This document shows, one piece after another, positions 52,044-61,911 of a stretch of 64,000 nt of DNA. The stretch's first letter is position 1. Every line of letters begins with the position of its first letter. Position numbers and translations under genes: made by a program. Source of the DNA: Candidatus Cloacimonadales bacterium. Lineage in GTDB: Bacteria; Cloacimonadota; Cloacimonadia; Cloacimonadales; JAFGVF01. The notes under the pieces were generated by a model, which worked only from the letters and a program-made list of their open reading frames with translations, was not told the origin of the DNA and ran no database searches. The stretch lies in assembly GCA_963677495.2 (NCBI GenBank), contig CAXXOU010000002.1:288001-352000 (forward strand), read 5' to 3'.

Positions 52044-52044
52044 A

Positions 52045-54189
52045 TTAATCCCTAAATATGCTTCCAGAAATGAACTCTTTTAGTAAAGAGTTAGCAGGAA
52101 CTAGTTCCTCAGGTATATCTTTTACAAAGCTCAATAGTTCGAGAAGACGCTGAGCTTCTGTGAAAACAGGGGATTGAGCAGGAACATCTCTTAGTAGTTT
52201 TACTGCATATTTTTTAAGAACAGCTAATTCGTAAGTAAGACTACTATTAAACATAAAGTCAGCGTTCTCCTGGAATGGGAATATATTCTTATCTTCTCCA
52301 TCACGGACATCTTGCCATCTTTCCAGTGTTTCTTCTGCAGAATAACCTCTATATAGCTTATCTCTTACCATTCTTCGAAGCTTACGGCAATCAGTTGTAG
52401 GTATTCTATTATGGTCATCAATGTTTAGCTGATTCAGAGCACTGATATAAATCTTAACTTTATTCTCTTTGGGAATCGATGCAGTGAGTCTATCATTAAT
52501 TCCGTGAATACCTTCCATTACGATGACATTGTTATCACCTAGTTTGACTTTCTGAAAACTTCTTTCAGAAGTACCGGAAGAGAAATTGTATTTGGGTAAC
52601 TCTATCTCATCACCATTTATCAACCTTTGAAGATGATCATTAAGCAAAGGTAGATTCAGTGAACCAATTGATTCAAAATCGAAAGAACCATCCTCTTTGC
52701 GTGGGGTTTCTGTTCTTGGTAAGAAGTAATCATCCATACTTATAACAAATGGTGAAACACCACAGACTCTGAGTTGCACTGATAAGCGTTTGGCAAAAGT
52801 TGTTTTACCTGAAGAAGATGGTCCGGCAATGAGAATGATTTTCACTCTATCATCTTTTGTGATTTGGTCTGCAATTAACGCGATCTTCTTCTCATGTAAA
52901 GCTTCTTCAACAAGAATAAAATGAGAAATGTCATAACCGTCAACAAGCATATTTAGGTGTCTAATATTATGTACATTAAGGATGTTAAGCCATTTATCAT
53001 GTTCCTGATGTGTCTTAAAAAGCTTCTCAGGAATAGCAAACTCTTGATCTGTACAATTATTGAATATCAAAAGGAAACCGTTTCTCTGTTGAATAAGATC
53101 GAACTTGGTTAGAACTCTTGTATTATCTGCTAGAGTTCTCAAATAGTAATCATAATAGCTGCCACATCTATAGAGTTTCAACTCTCTAGGGGAGAAGTAG
53201 TCAAGGTTCTTTAGAAAATCTTTTCTATTCTGTTCCTCAAATATCCGTTCAGCTTCTTTAAGAAAAACAGGTACTTTGATAATATCCATGGATCTACTAA
53301 CAATATGTAGCATCTCTTTTTTAAGATTTTCAACATCTTCATCTGTGAATCCATTCTCTTTCTCAAACACTTCACAATAAACAGCGTTGCCAACTGAGTG
53401 TTCAACAAAGAAAGAAGATTCAGGGAACAAGTTGTGGAATGCTTTCGCCATAACAAATATTGCAGTATCTTGATAGATCCATCTACCTTCCGGATGACAG
53501 ATATTTATGCATTCAATTACTGTATCTTTATATATAACCTTTCGTTCATCTACATAAGCAGAGTTATTGAGTTTAAAACTAAGATAGTCACCACTATCAA
53601 GTTCAAGAGTCTGAAAAATCTCATATATACGTTTAGGTTCTTCAAGTTGTATGCTTAACTCTTTACCTGGTTCAGGTATCACTCTAACTGTTAATAATTT
53701 ATCCATAGAAACTTCCTTTAAAATCTTTCCAATTACTAAATCAATGTGCTTATCTCGCAAAACTAAGTCAGCACAATCTCTATATAGATCTTCTCTGTTA
53801 TGATAAAGCTTTAGCAATCCTTCTCGTCCCAATTTCTTTACTAAAGGTCTATCAGATCTAACTATCCTTTTTAGCAGTTCTAATGGCTCTGCGTCAAGCC
53901 AAATTACAAAATTCTCTTTCTTTAACAGAAAAGCCCGATTAACTTCACTCTCAATAATCCCACCACCAGTGGATATTATAGTGTTTTGAGGTGAACTTAA
54001 CAGGACTTTCGTTTCTAATTGTCTAAACTCAGCTACATTGTTATTTGTAAAATATGATTGGATTGTTCTATCTGATGTGTTTTGAACTAACTCATCAGTT
54101 TCATAGTAGGGGAGGTGTAATCTAGAAGCAAGTAGTCTTGCAATAGTGGACTTGCCGGCTCCCATAAACCCGATTAAAATGATACGCAT
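52045..54189 (-). CDS. Shikimate kinase fused to a ThrRS-N-like/uridine kinase-family nucleoside kinase
   Basis: N-terminus GFMGAGKST, STGGG, RPL (AroK); C-terminus AGPSSSGKTT, DDYF, EGIHG, RRMVRD. Confidence 0.85.
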   Translation of the reverse strand: MRIILIGFMGAGKSTIARLLASRLHLPYYETDELVQNTSDRTIQSYFTNNNVAEFRQLETKVLLSSPQNTIISTGGGIIESEVNRAFLLKKENFVIWLDAEPLELLKRIVRSDRPLVKKLGREGLLKLYHNREDLYRDCADLVLRDKHIDLVIGKILKEVSMDKLLTVRVIPEPGKELSIQLEEPKRIYEIFQTLELDSGDYLSFKLNNSAYVDERKVIYKDTVIECINICHPEGRWIYQDTAIFVMAKAFHNLFPESSFFVEHSVGNAVYCEVFEKENGFTDEDVENLKKEMLHIVSRSMDIIKVPVFLKEAERIFEEQNRKDFLKNLDYFSPRELKLYRCGSYYDYYLRTLADNTRVLTKFDLIQQRNGFLLIFNNCTDQEFAIPEKLFKTHQEHDKWLNILNVHNIRHLNMLVDGYDISHFILVEEALHEKKIALIADQITKDDRVKIILIAGPSSSGKTTFAKRLSVQLRVCGVSPFVISMDDYFLPRTETPRKEDGSFDFESIGSLNLPLLNDHLQRLINGDEIELPKYNFSSGTSERSFQKVKLGDNNVIVMEGIHGINDRLTASIPKENKVKIYISALNQLNIDDHNRIPTTDCRKLRRMVRDKLYRGYSAEETLERWQDVRDGEDKNIFPFQENADFMFNSSLTYELAVLKKYAVKLLRDVPAQSPVFTEAQRLLELLSFVKDIPEELVPANSLLKEFISGSIFRD

Positions 54190-54201
54190 AAACATGAAAA
54201 C

Positions 54202-54222
54202 GGGGCAGTATCATACTGCCCC
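54202..54222 (-). terminator. Hairpin after ftcd (possible terminator or attenuator)
   Basis: GGGGCAGTA / TACTGCCCC followed by GTTTTC on the minus strand. Confidence 0.55.
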
Positions 54223-54238
54223 ATAGTTTTATATACTC

Positions 54239-55903
54239 TTAAACAGCAGCTTCAACTTCAGCTTCAACTTTAAGGGCTAATTCATTTACGTCTTTAGCAA
54301 TCTGAGTTGCTTTTGCCATTACATTATCCATCCATGCTTTGTCTTCTACAGCACCCATGTTAATCTTAACATTAAGGAATGCTGATTTAGCTGCAGCATT
54401 TGCAGTTATAGCGGCAACACCGGCATCAGATAACGCATTTGCATTACCAATTTTTGCGATTCTTTCTGAAAGTTTAACAGCTTCTAATGAGATCTCAAGA
54501 GTTTCGAGTGGAATCATTATAGCTTCCTTAGTAGCTTCTTGAATTGCAGCATTTCGAGCAGCTTTGTCAGCATCTGTCTTTTTAGGAAGCTTCATTGCAT
54601 TCATCATATCATAGAAAACTTTAGTATCTTTATCGATAGCTTGAAGAGATGCTTCCTTTACTTTCTGTCCTTCTTCAGCAAGTTCACCGGCTAAAGCCCA
54701 ATGCTCTTCATAACCTTTCTTATTCATTGTAAGGTTAGCAACCATTGAGGTTAAAGCACCTGAAAGAGATGAACAAAGAGCAGCTACACTTCCTCCACCG
54801 GGAGCTGGTGAATCAGAAGATAACTCATCACAGAAACCTTCAACAGTCATGTCTACGAGTCTGCCCTCTTCTTTGATAGCATATTCGATTACTTTGGCAT
54901 CAACATCAAAATCACCGAGATCATCAAGGCCCATTGATTGGATAGCTGTTTCAATTATCATACGCTCAGGGATTCCTGCACTTTCACCCATTCTTCTGAG
55001 GTAGAATTTACCGGATTCTAAGATAGCTTCTTTAGGGATAAGACCTACAAGCTCACTACCTGTAACCTGAATATTCTTCTCAGCAGCAAGTTCTCGAACT
55101 TTCTCAAGAACCATATGAGGAGGAGTAATTTTGTAGTTTGTCAGGTTGATTGAAATCTGAGCTCTGTTATACTCATCAATGTACCAACCAACAGCTTTAC
55201 AGCATTTAAAGAGACCTGGAACTTTTACAAAGTTACCATTCTCATCTTTTATTGCTTTACCTTTAGCATCACGTGCTCTTCTTCCTGCTTCACGAATAGT
55301 GAGGGCTAAATCATGAGCTTTCTTTTTATCGCGAGTATTGAGGTTAATATTATATGCAATAAGGAACTCACGAGCTGAAGTAGCTGTGGCACCGGATTTT
55401 GCATTAAACTCATGAGGACCAAAATCAGGTTTCCATTCTGGTTTGCCTACTCTTGCTGCAAGACCTTCATATTCACCCTTTCTTACTTCAGCTAAGTTCT
55501 TCCATTCAGGTTTAGAAGCTGAGTACTCATAGAGATAGATCGGAATACCTAACTCATTACCAACACGCTCACCGAGTTGTTTTGAAAGAGTAACACACTC
55601 ATCCATTGTCATATTTGCAACAGGGATAAATGGACATACATCAGTAGCACCCATACGTGGATGTGCACCTGAATGTTTAGTCATATCAATGATTTCAGAA
55701 GCTGTTTTAATTGCCTGAAAAGCTGCTTCTAAAACGGCTTTAGGCTCACCAACAATTGTGTAAACTGTACGGTTAGTGTCAGCACCGGGATCTACATCTA
55801 GTAATACTGCACCTTCAACTTCTTTGATAGAGTTTGATATCTTATCAAGAATCGACTTATCTCTTCCTTCACTGAAATTAGGAACGCATTCGACGATTTT
55901 CAT
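54239..55903 (-). CDS. ftcD: Glutamate formimidoyltransferase/formimidoyltetrahydrofolate cyclodeaminase
   Basis: VECVPNFSEGR, HPRMGATDVCPF, SPAPGGGSVAA. Confidence 0.95.
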   Translation of the reverse strand: MKIVECVPNFSEGRDKSILDKISNSIKEVEGAVLLDVDPGADTNRTVYTIVGEPKAVLEAAFQAIKTASEIIDMTKHSGAHPRMGATDVCPFIPVANMTMDECVTLSKQLGERVGNELGIPIYLYEYSASKPEWKNLAEVRKGEYEGLAARVGKPEWKPDFGPHEFNAKSGATATSAREFLIAYNINLNTRDKKKAHDLALTIREAGRRARDAKGKAIKDENGNFVKVPGLFKCCKAVGWYIDEYNRAQISINLTNYKITPPHMVLEKVRELAAEKNIQVTGSELVGLIPKEAILESGKFYLRRMGESAGIPERMIIETAIQSMGLDDLGDFDVDAKVIEYAIKEEGRLVDMTVEGFCDELSSDSPAPGGGSVAALCSSLSGALTSMVANLTMNKKGYEEHWALAGELAEEGQKVKEASLQAIDKDTKVFYDMMNAMKLPKKTDADKAARNAAIQEATKEAIMIPLETLEISLEAVKLSERIAKIGNANALSDAGVAAITANAAAKSAFLNVKINMGAVEDKAWMDNVMAKATQIAKDVNELALKVEAEVEAAV

Positions 55904-55923
55904 TTCTCCTCCAGTAGTATCTT

Positions 55924-57156
55924 CTATTTTTTGGTAATTTTTACTTTTATTACTTTCTTCCTGGTGACTTGCAGTACTTGAATACTGAACACACCGAGAT
56001 CTATGTATTGTCCCTGAACAGGGATTCTTTTTATGTTATCGATGATTAGACCTGCTATTGTCTCATAATCACCTTCAGGGATGGCAATATCATGCTCATC
56101 AATTAAAGTGTCAACCTCTACATCACCTTTTACTAACCAGATGTTTTCACTGAGTTTTTCTACATCTTTTTCCTCTTCACTATCATACTCATCTTCGATG
56201 TCTCCGACAATTTCTTCTATAATATCTTCGATTGTCACGATACCTTCAGTTCCACCATAAGGGTCAACAATGATTGCCATAGATTTCTTTTTGTTCTGCA
56301 TCTCTCTGAGAAGCTCATCCGCATCCATAGTTTCAGGTGCAAAGTATGCTTTATGGATGATGTCTTTTGCTACAAGATTCCTCTTCTTGGATTTGATTAT
56401 ATCATATACAATAAGAATACCAATGATATTATCAATGCTTTCACGATATACTGGATAGCGTGTGTATCCTTCTTCTCTTGCCAGCTCGATAATTTCATTA
56501 ACAGGCATATCTTCAGGTACTGCAACAATGTCAGTTCTAGGGGTAATTATGTTTTTAGCTTCCAATTCTGCAAACTCAAGAGCATCCTCGAGCATCTCAC
56601 GTTGAGGGTCTTCGAAAGAATCATCATGAGCTGTTGAATTAAGAAACAATGCTAAGTCATCTCTAGTCAGATAAGCAAGAGAGGAACTTGGTCTTAGGTG
56701 GAATACTTTTATCAAAGTATTATTAATCAAAGTTACGCATTTTACAAATGGGAGGAATAAGGTGTAGAAGAGTTTCATAATTGGAAAAAGTAGTGGTACT
56801 AGTTTATCCGGATAGTCTCTAAAGAGAGCTTTAGGTACGATTTCACCGAAAACGAGAACAACAAAACCCAGACCTATTGAAACAAATCCATGCCCGACTT
56901 CACTGATATTACTAAGCATGAAAGTAGTAACAGATGCCAGAACAACTTGTGTGATGTTGTTACCCAGCAGAGTCGTACCAAGGAATCTGTCCGGTTTCTC
57001 AATGAATGAGAGTAGTTCCTTACTCTTCTTACTTTTCTTGGCATCCTGTTCCAGTTTTAGTCTGTCAACAGAGATGACTCCCGTTTCATAACCTGCAAAG
57101 AAAAATGATAATGCTAACGCAATAAGAATAATAATCAAGGCTGTTAATAGCCCCAT
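55924..57156 (-). CDS. Hemolysin/CNNM family (DUF21-CBS-CorC) membrane protein
   Basis: SFFFAGYET, FGEIVPK, TPRTDI, GIVTIEDIIEEIVGDIEDEYD. Confidence 0.9.
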   Translation of the reverse strand: MGLLTALIIILIALALSFFFAGYETGVISVDRLKLEQDAKKSKKSKELLSFIEKPDRFLGTTLLGNNITQVVLASVTTFMLSNISEVGHGFVSIGLGFVVLVFGEIVPKALFRDYPDKLVPLLFPIMKLFYTLFLPFVKCVTLINNTLIKVFHLRPSSSLAYLTRDDLALFLNSTAHDDSFEDPQREMLEDALEFAELEAKNIITPRTDIVAVPEDMPVNEIIELAREEGYTRYPVYRESIDNIIGILIVYDIIKSKKRNLVAKDIIHKAYFAPETMDADELLREMQNKKKSMAIIVDPYGGTEGIVTIEDIIEEIVGDIEDEYDSEEEKDVEKLSENIWLVKGDVEVDTLIDEHDIAIPEGDYETIAGLIIDNIKRIPVQGQYIDLGVFSIQVLQVTRKKVIKVKITKK

Positions 57157-57176
57157 TTAAAGCCTCATTTTACAAT

Positions 57177-58244
57177 TTAGTTTTCAATCTTTTCGTTTCT
57201 GTATGCTAGTTTTAAAGCTTCAACGAATTCATCTAACTCGCCGGTTAAAATATCGTTTAGCTGATAAGATGTCAAATTAATTCTATGGTCTGTAACTCTG
57301 GATTGGGGGAAGTTATAAGTTCTGATTTTAGCACTTCTATCACCGGTTCCAACTTGGGAACGTCGCTGTGATGAGATTTCTGCTTCCTGTTTTGCAAGCT
57401 CCAAATCGAATAATCGTGCTCTTAGAACCTTCATTGCTTTATCTTTGTTCTTCAACTGTGACTTCTCATCCTGGCAAGTAACCACTAATCCTGTCGGTAC
57501 ATGTGTTATTCGTACTGCTGAATCAGTTGTATTCACTGACTGACCACCGTGTCCACTTGCACGGTAAACGTCAATACGAAGATCGCTCTCTTTAACGTCG
57601 ATATCAATAGCTTCAACTTCCGGTAAAACTGCAACTGATACAGCAGAAGTATGAACACGACCACTAGCTTCTGTTTGAGGAACACGTTGAACACGATGTA
57701 CACCACTTTCAAATCGCATTGAACCGTAAACGTTATCTCCTGATACTTGGAAGACGATCTCTTTGTACCCACCAATTCCGATAGCATTTGAGCTCATAAC
57801 CTGGAGTTTCCAACCCTTCTTTTCTGCAAAGTACTGATACATTCTGAATAGGTCAGAGGAGAAGAGAGCAGCTTCATCACCACCGGTTCCTGCTCTAATT
57901 TCGATAATAACATTCTTCTCATCATTTTCATCTTTTGGAACCAAAAGATCTTTTAACTGCGTGGCTTTTACTTCGAGTGCTTCAACACTCTCATCAAGCT
58001 CCATTTGTGCTAATTCTACTAATTCCTCATCAGTTTCACTAGCGAGTATCTCTTTGCTATCCTCAATACTTTGAGTAAGTTTTGCCCACTCATCATAGCA
58101 ATCAAGAATCTCTTGCAGTTCTTTAAACCTTCTGGATATTTTGCGATATCCACGCTGATCAGACATATATTTGGGGTCATATACTTTGACCTTTAGTTCT
58201 TCATATTCGTTTCTGAGACCTTCTAATTTCTCTACAGGTATCAT
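57177..58244 (-). CDS. prfA: Peptide chain release factor 1
   Basis: IRAGTGGDEA, VQRVPQT (PxT), GGQ, RTYNFPQ. Confidence 0.97.
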   Translation of the reverse strand: MIPVEKLEGLRNEYEELKVKVYDPKYMSDQRGYRKISRRFKELQEILDCYDEWAKLTQSIEDSKEILASETDEELVELAQMELDESVEALEVKATQLKDLLVPKDENDEKNVIIEIRAGTGGDEAALFSSDLFRMYQYFAEKKGWKLQVMSSNAIGIGGYKEIVFQVSGDNVYGSMRFESGVHRVQRVPQTEASGRVHTSAVSVAVLPEVEAIDIDVKESDLRIDVYRASGHGGQSVNTTDSAVRITHVPTGLVVTCQDEKSQLKNKDKAMKVLRARLFDLELAKQEAEISSQRRSQVGTGDRSAKIRTYNFPQSRVTDHRINLTSYQLNDILTGELDEFVEALKLAYRNEKIEN

Positions 58245-59206
58245 TTCTCGTCTCCAATTTCTGTTACATCAAATTCACTATAATCCATATCAAGTGATGC
58301 TTTCATTGCAACGAGTGCACATTCAATCATCTGATCCTCCGGTGGCTGTGTTGTAATTCTCTGTAAAGCCATTCCGGGACCTGTCATCAACTTAACTAAA
58401 GGATGGTTTATATTCTTGCCTGACAATTTCAATATTTCATATGAAACACCTGATATTAATGGGAAGAATAGCAGGTGATAAGCTAATCTTACTAATACTT
58501 GTGGTGGAGCATGGAAGATCCAGGCAACAGCCATTGTGTCAATGATAGAGAAGATTAGGATACTGATTAAAAGCACAAAGAACATGAAACTTGTACCACA
58601 TCGAGGGTGCAAAGTTGTTAGCTTCTGAATCTCTGATACTTTCAACTTTGTCTCTTTTTCATAAGCATTTACACATTTATGCTCTGCACCATGATATTGG
58701 AATACTCTATTAATATCTTTGAGCTTGCTGATTATCAATAAATAGATAACAAAGAATGTGATTCTTACAACACCGGCTGCAAGATTAAAGTACACGTTCT
58801 GTTTAGAGAGATTCACCCAGTCAGCGATCTTATAGGGGAGTACACCAAAGAGAAGAAAGGCTAAGCCTAAAGATATGGCATAACTAAAGAACTCACCAAC
58901 TTTCTCTCCGGTTGCTGATTTCTTCTTTTTATTCTCTTCCTGGTTGTCCAGTTCCCAACGGTTAGCTGAAAAAGTCAAAGTTCCAATTCCAATCTTCATC
59001 ATCTCTATTAATGAGATAAAGCCACGAATCATTGGTAATCCTAAGAACTTATTCTTTTGTGTAATGCTTTTGAATGGTTGCACCTTAAGCTCAATAGCTC
59101 CACTTGCTCTTCTTATAGCGGTCGCAATCTTTTCAGGACCACGCATCATAACGCCTTCTATTACGGCCTGTCCACCAACTGCAATACTCTTTTTATCTTT
59201 GCTCAT
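58241..59206 (-). CDS. DUF1385 membrane protein
   Basis: GGQAVIEGVMM, YHGAEHK, HPRCGTSF; usual rpmE-DUF1385-prfA context. Confidence 0.92.
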   Translation of the reverse strand: MSKDKKSIAVGGQAVIEGVMMRGPEKIATAIRRASGAIELKVQPFKSITQKNKFLGLPMIRGFISLIEMMKIGIGTLTFSANRWELDNQEENKKKKSATGEKVGEFFSYAISLGLAFLLFGVLPYKIADWVNLSKQNVYFNLAAGVVRITFFVIYLLIISKLKDINRVFQYHGAEHKCVNAYEKETKLKVSEIQKLTTLHPRCGTSFMFFVLLISILIFSIIDTMAVAWIFHAPPQVLVRLAYHLLFFPLISGVSYEILKLSGKNINHPLVKLMTGPGMALQRITTQPPEDQMIECALVAMKASLDMDYSEFDVTEIGDEK

Positions 59207-59263
59207 AAAGTCTCCGTATATAGTCAAAAATCGAGTAATGAATCTTTATTACTCGATAGAATT

Positions 59264-59297
59264 AAAAAAAGCATCACATTGCTACCAGTGTGATGCT
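59264..59297 (-). terminator. Intrinsic terminator after rpmE
   Basis: AGCATCACA / TGTGATGCT with T-tract on the minus strand. Confidence 0.75.
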
Positions 59298-59313
59298 CTT
59301 TCTGTTATAAAAG

Positions 59314-59523
59314 CTATTTTTTAGTCTGTCTGTTATATTTCTTATTGAACTTTTCAACACGACCCGCAGTATCAAGAAGCTTTTCTTTTCCTGTATAGAA
59401 AGGGTGACACTGGTCACAAATATCAACTGTGAGATTCTTTCTGGTTGAAGCTGTCTCAAACTCATTTCCACAAGCACACTTCACAGTGATTTTCTCATAT
59501 TTAGGATGAATACCTTGTTTCAT
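59314..59523 (-). CDS. rpmE: 50S ribosomal protein L31 (Zn-binding C+ type)
   Basis: [29 protein letters not shown]. Confidence 0.97.
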   Translation of the reverse strand: MKQGIHPKYEKITVKCACGNEFETASTRKNLTVDICDQCHPFYTGKEKLLDTAGRVEKFNKKYNRQTKK

Positions 59524-59746
59524 TTTATGTCTCCTGTTATTATAATCTTCACTTTGTTGGACATATTTTTTCTCAATGGCTTGAATGTCAATTCTTTTCT
59601 TAAATTTACTGCTACTCAATCAGTTTATTGTCTTTTTTGCCTTTTATCATCTATCTAAACTATGCGACTACATTATATATTTAATCGGATCTTTATAGAA
59701 GACACAATCAATTCTTACAGTCTTAGCTGAGATAGCTCCCAAACTT

Positions 59747-60086
59747 AACCATCAATCAAAACACAGTCAACGCACTGTTTCCCCACTGTGCACGCACTGT
59801 GCACCCGGTGAAACAGTGGGTTGGCAGTGCCTTCACAGTGCGTGCACAGTGCAGACACAGTGCGATGGTGGATAGAACAGTAAAAGAGAGTAAAAAGGGC
59901 AATAAATATAGCTAAGTTATTGAAAAACTCACTGTGTATGTCAATTTCGTACTTGCGTTGCAGCGATAGCGTGACGCGAGAGCGAAATCAGGGAATTGCG
60001 ACTTCGGAGTGCATTTTAGAAAGTCCGTTGCCTTATTCGGCCGACAAACTCCCTAAAACACGCTAAGTTATTGCAAATGCCACTGT
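59747..60086 (+). repeat. 340-bp dispersed composite repeat, copy 2 (inverted relative to copy 1)
   Basis: Aligns with the reverse complement of 38828-39167; contains CTTGCGTTGCAGCGATAGCGTGACGCGAG identical to the RAYT array REP. Confidence 0.85.
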
Positions 60087-60320
60087 TTGTCACCCTGAGC
60101 GGGAAGAACGCAATGAAATGAAGTAAACGGAGTCGAAACGAGGACTATCGGAAGGAACTTGAAAGCTGACAGACTCATCAACTTTCGGGGCAAGCGGATA
60201 TTTTTGGGGACTTCATATATTGTAGTGACTTGTTTAAAAAGTATCTCACATTATCCCTTGACTTATAGAAAACAGCATACATTTCTACCTTGACCGCATT
60301 TTAAAAACAAGGTGGAGATT

Positions 60321-61094
60321 ATGAAAAAGATAATTAAGCTGATCTTTGCACTAACTCTATTCTGCTTGCTACTCCATGGAGTTAGTAGGTTGAACTACCA
60401 GGTAAGTCCTATTGAGTGTAACATGTGCGGTCGCTGTATGAATAGTTGTCCAAATAATGCTATAGTTCCTGATCCTGAGCTGATGTGTATGCGCATTGAT
60501 CAAAGCTTATGCGATGGATGTGGGAGTTGCGTGTCAGATTGCCCTCGGGGAGCTTTTTATGCGATAGATGGACGATCATTTATCTTTGGTAGAATTACTA
60601 ACACAGAAACAAATTTTGCCATTAGTGGAGTGACAGTATCAAATGGAACAGATACTGTTGTTACTGATAGATACGGTGAGTACAGTTTTACTGTTACACA
60701 AGGAAGTTATACAATTACAGCAACTTCTCCAAACTTTGATTCAGTAGTCATTAATGATATTACACTCGGAGCTGATGATGCAAATAGGTTAAACATAAAT
60801 ATGTCACCTACAACTTCCAATGCAGAGCATGATGTTGCCGAATTAAACAGTATAAGATGCTTTCCAAATCCTTGTGGGGAAGATGTAATGTTGAAGATTG
60901 AGTTTGGTGGTTATTCAGATTCATTACTAATGGTAAGTAATATTAAGGGACAGATTGTTTTGAAAACTCGTATCAATGGGAGCTTCGAGTGGGATTGGAA
61001 AGATACGAATGGACATAAATTGCCATCAGGAATATACTTTGTGAATATTTATGATGGTAGGATTGCATGTACTAGAAAAATATTGTTAAAATAG
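60321..61094 (+). CDS. Exported 2x[4Fe-4S] ferredoxin + carboxypeptidase-regulatory-like domain + FlgD/T9SS-like C-terminal domain
   Basis: Signal peptide; CNMCGRCMNSCP and CDGCGSCVSDCP; TDRYGEYSF..G.YTITA; FPNP...NIKGQ...WDWKD...SGIYF. Confidence 0.82.
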   Translation: MKKIIKLIFALTLFCLLLHGVSRLNYQVSPIECNMCGRCMNSCPNNAIVPDPELMCMRIDQSLCDGCGSCVSDCPRGAFYAIDGRSFIFGRITNTETNFAISGVTVSNGTDTVVTDRYGEYSFTVTQGSYTITATSPNFDSVVINDITLGADDANRLNINMSPTTSNAEHDVAELNSIRCFPNPCGEDVMLKIEFGGYSDSLLMVSNIKGQIVLKTRINGSFEWDWKDTNGHKLPSGIYFVNIYDGRIACTRKILLK

Positions 61095-61102
61095 AGGGTT
61101 AT

Positions 61103-61906
61103 ATGAAGTATAAAATATTGGTGCTAGCTATTATTATTACAACAGCATTAGGAGCGTTCGAAACACTCTTAAAGCTACCGGAAAGTGTAGTGTATATTGA
61201 AGAGATGAATGCTTTTCTGAGCTCAAATAAGAGCGGAGGAGCAATAATCAAATCTGATATGGAAGGTAAAGAAACTGTTTTCAATCAGGATCTTATATCA
61301 GTCCGAGGAATTACTAGATTAGATTCTTTACTATATTGTGCTGCAGATGGGGGAGTTTTTGGTATAAGCCTAAACTCAGGTAAACTGGAAGTCCAAATCC
61401 CTATACCTGATACAGGCTTTTTAAATGACATTGCCTGGGATGGAAAAGATTATCTTTATGTCTCTGATATGAAGAAAGATAATATAATTAGAATAGATCT
61501 TCGTAGTAGATACAATATGATTTTTGCAGGTACAATCGAGAGTCCCAATGGCTTGTATTATGATCGGGAGAAAGAAGAGTTGATTGTTGTTTGCAATATC
61601 AAGAAATCCCCAATAGTTTCTGTTAATGCTGGAACCGGTGTGGTAAAAACTTTAACCAAAACTAAGTTGTCCTACTTAGATGGTATTACACGTGATAAGA
61701 ACGGATATTTCTATGTTTCAAGCTGGGGAGATGGGACTGTTTACACTTTCGATAGTGAGTTTAAAGAGAAACCACAGAAGTTTATTACCCATCAGGATGG
61801 CCCAGCTGATATATATTACTTTGAGAAAGAGAATGCCATAGCTATACCCAACTTTAGAAAGAACATCATAAAGTTTGCAACTGTAAGAGATAGCTACCAG
61901 TTTTAA
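61103..61906 (+). CDS. Secreted beta-propeller, SMP-30/gluconolactonase/LRE-like
   Basis: Signal peptide; PES, FLNDI, LYVSD, PNGL, LDGI, YVSSW, GPADI. Confidence 0.8.
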   Translation: MKYKILVLAIIITTALGAFETLLKLPESVVYIEEMNAFLSSNKSGGAIIKSDMEGKETVFNQDLISVRGITRLDSLLYCAADGGVFGISLNSGKLEVQIPIPDTGFLNDIAWDGKDYLYVSDMKKDNIIRIDLRSRYNMIFAGTIESPNGLYYDREKEELIVVCNIKKSPIVSVNAGTGVVKTLTKTKLSYLDGITRDKNGYFYVSSWGDGTVYTFDSEFKEKPQKFITHQDGPADIYYFEKENAIAIPNFRKNIIKFATVRDSYQF

Positions 61907-61911
61907 CCACA

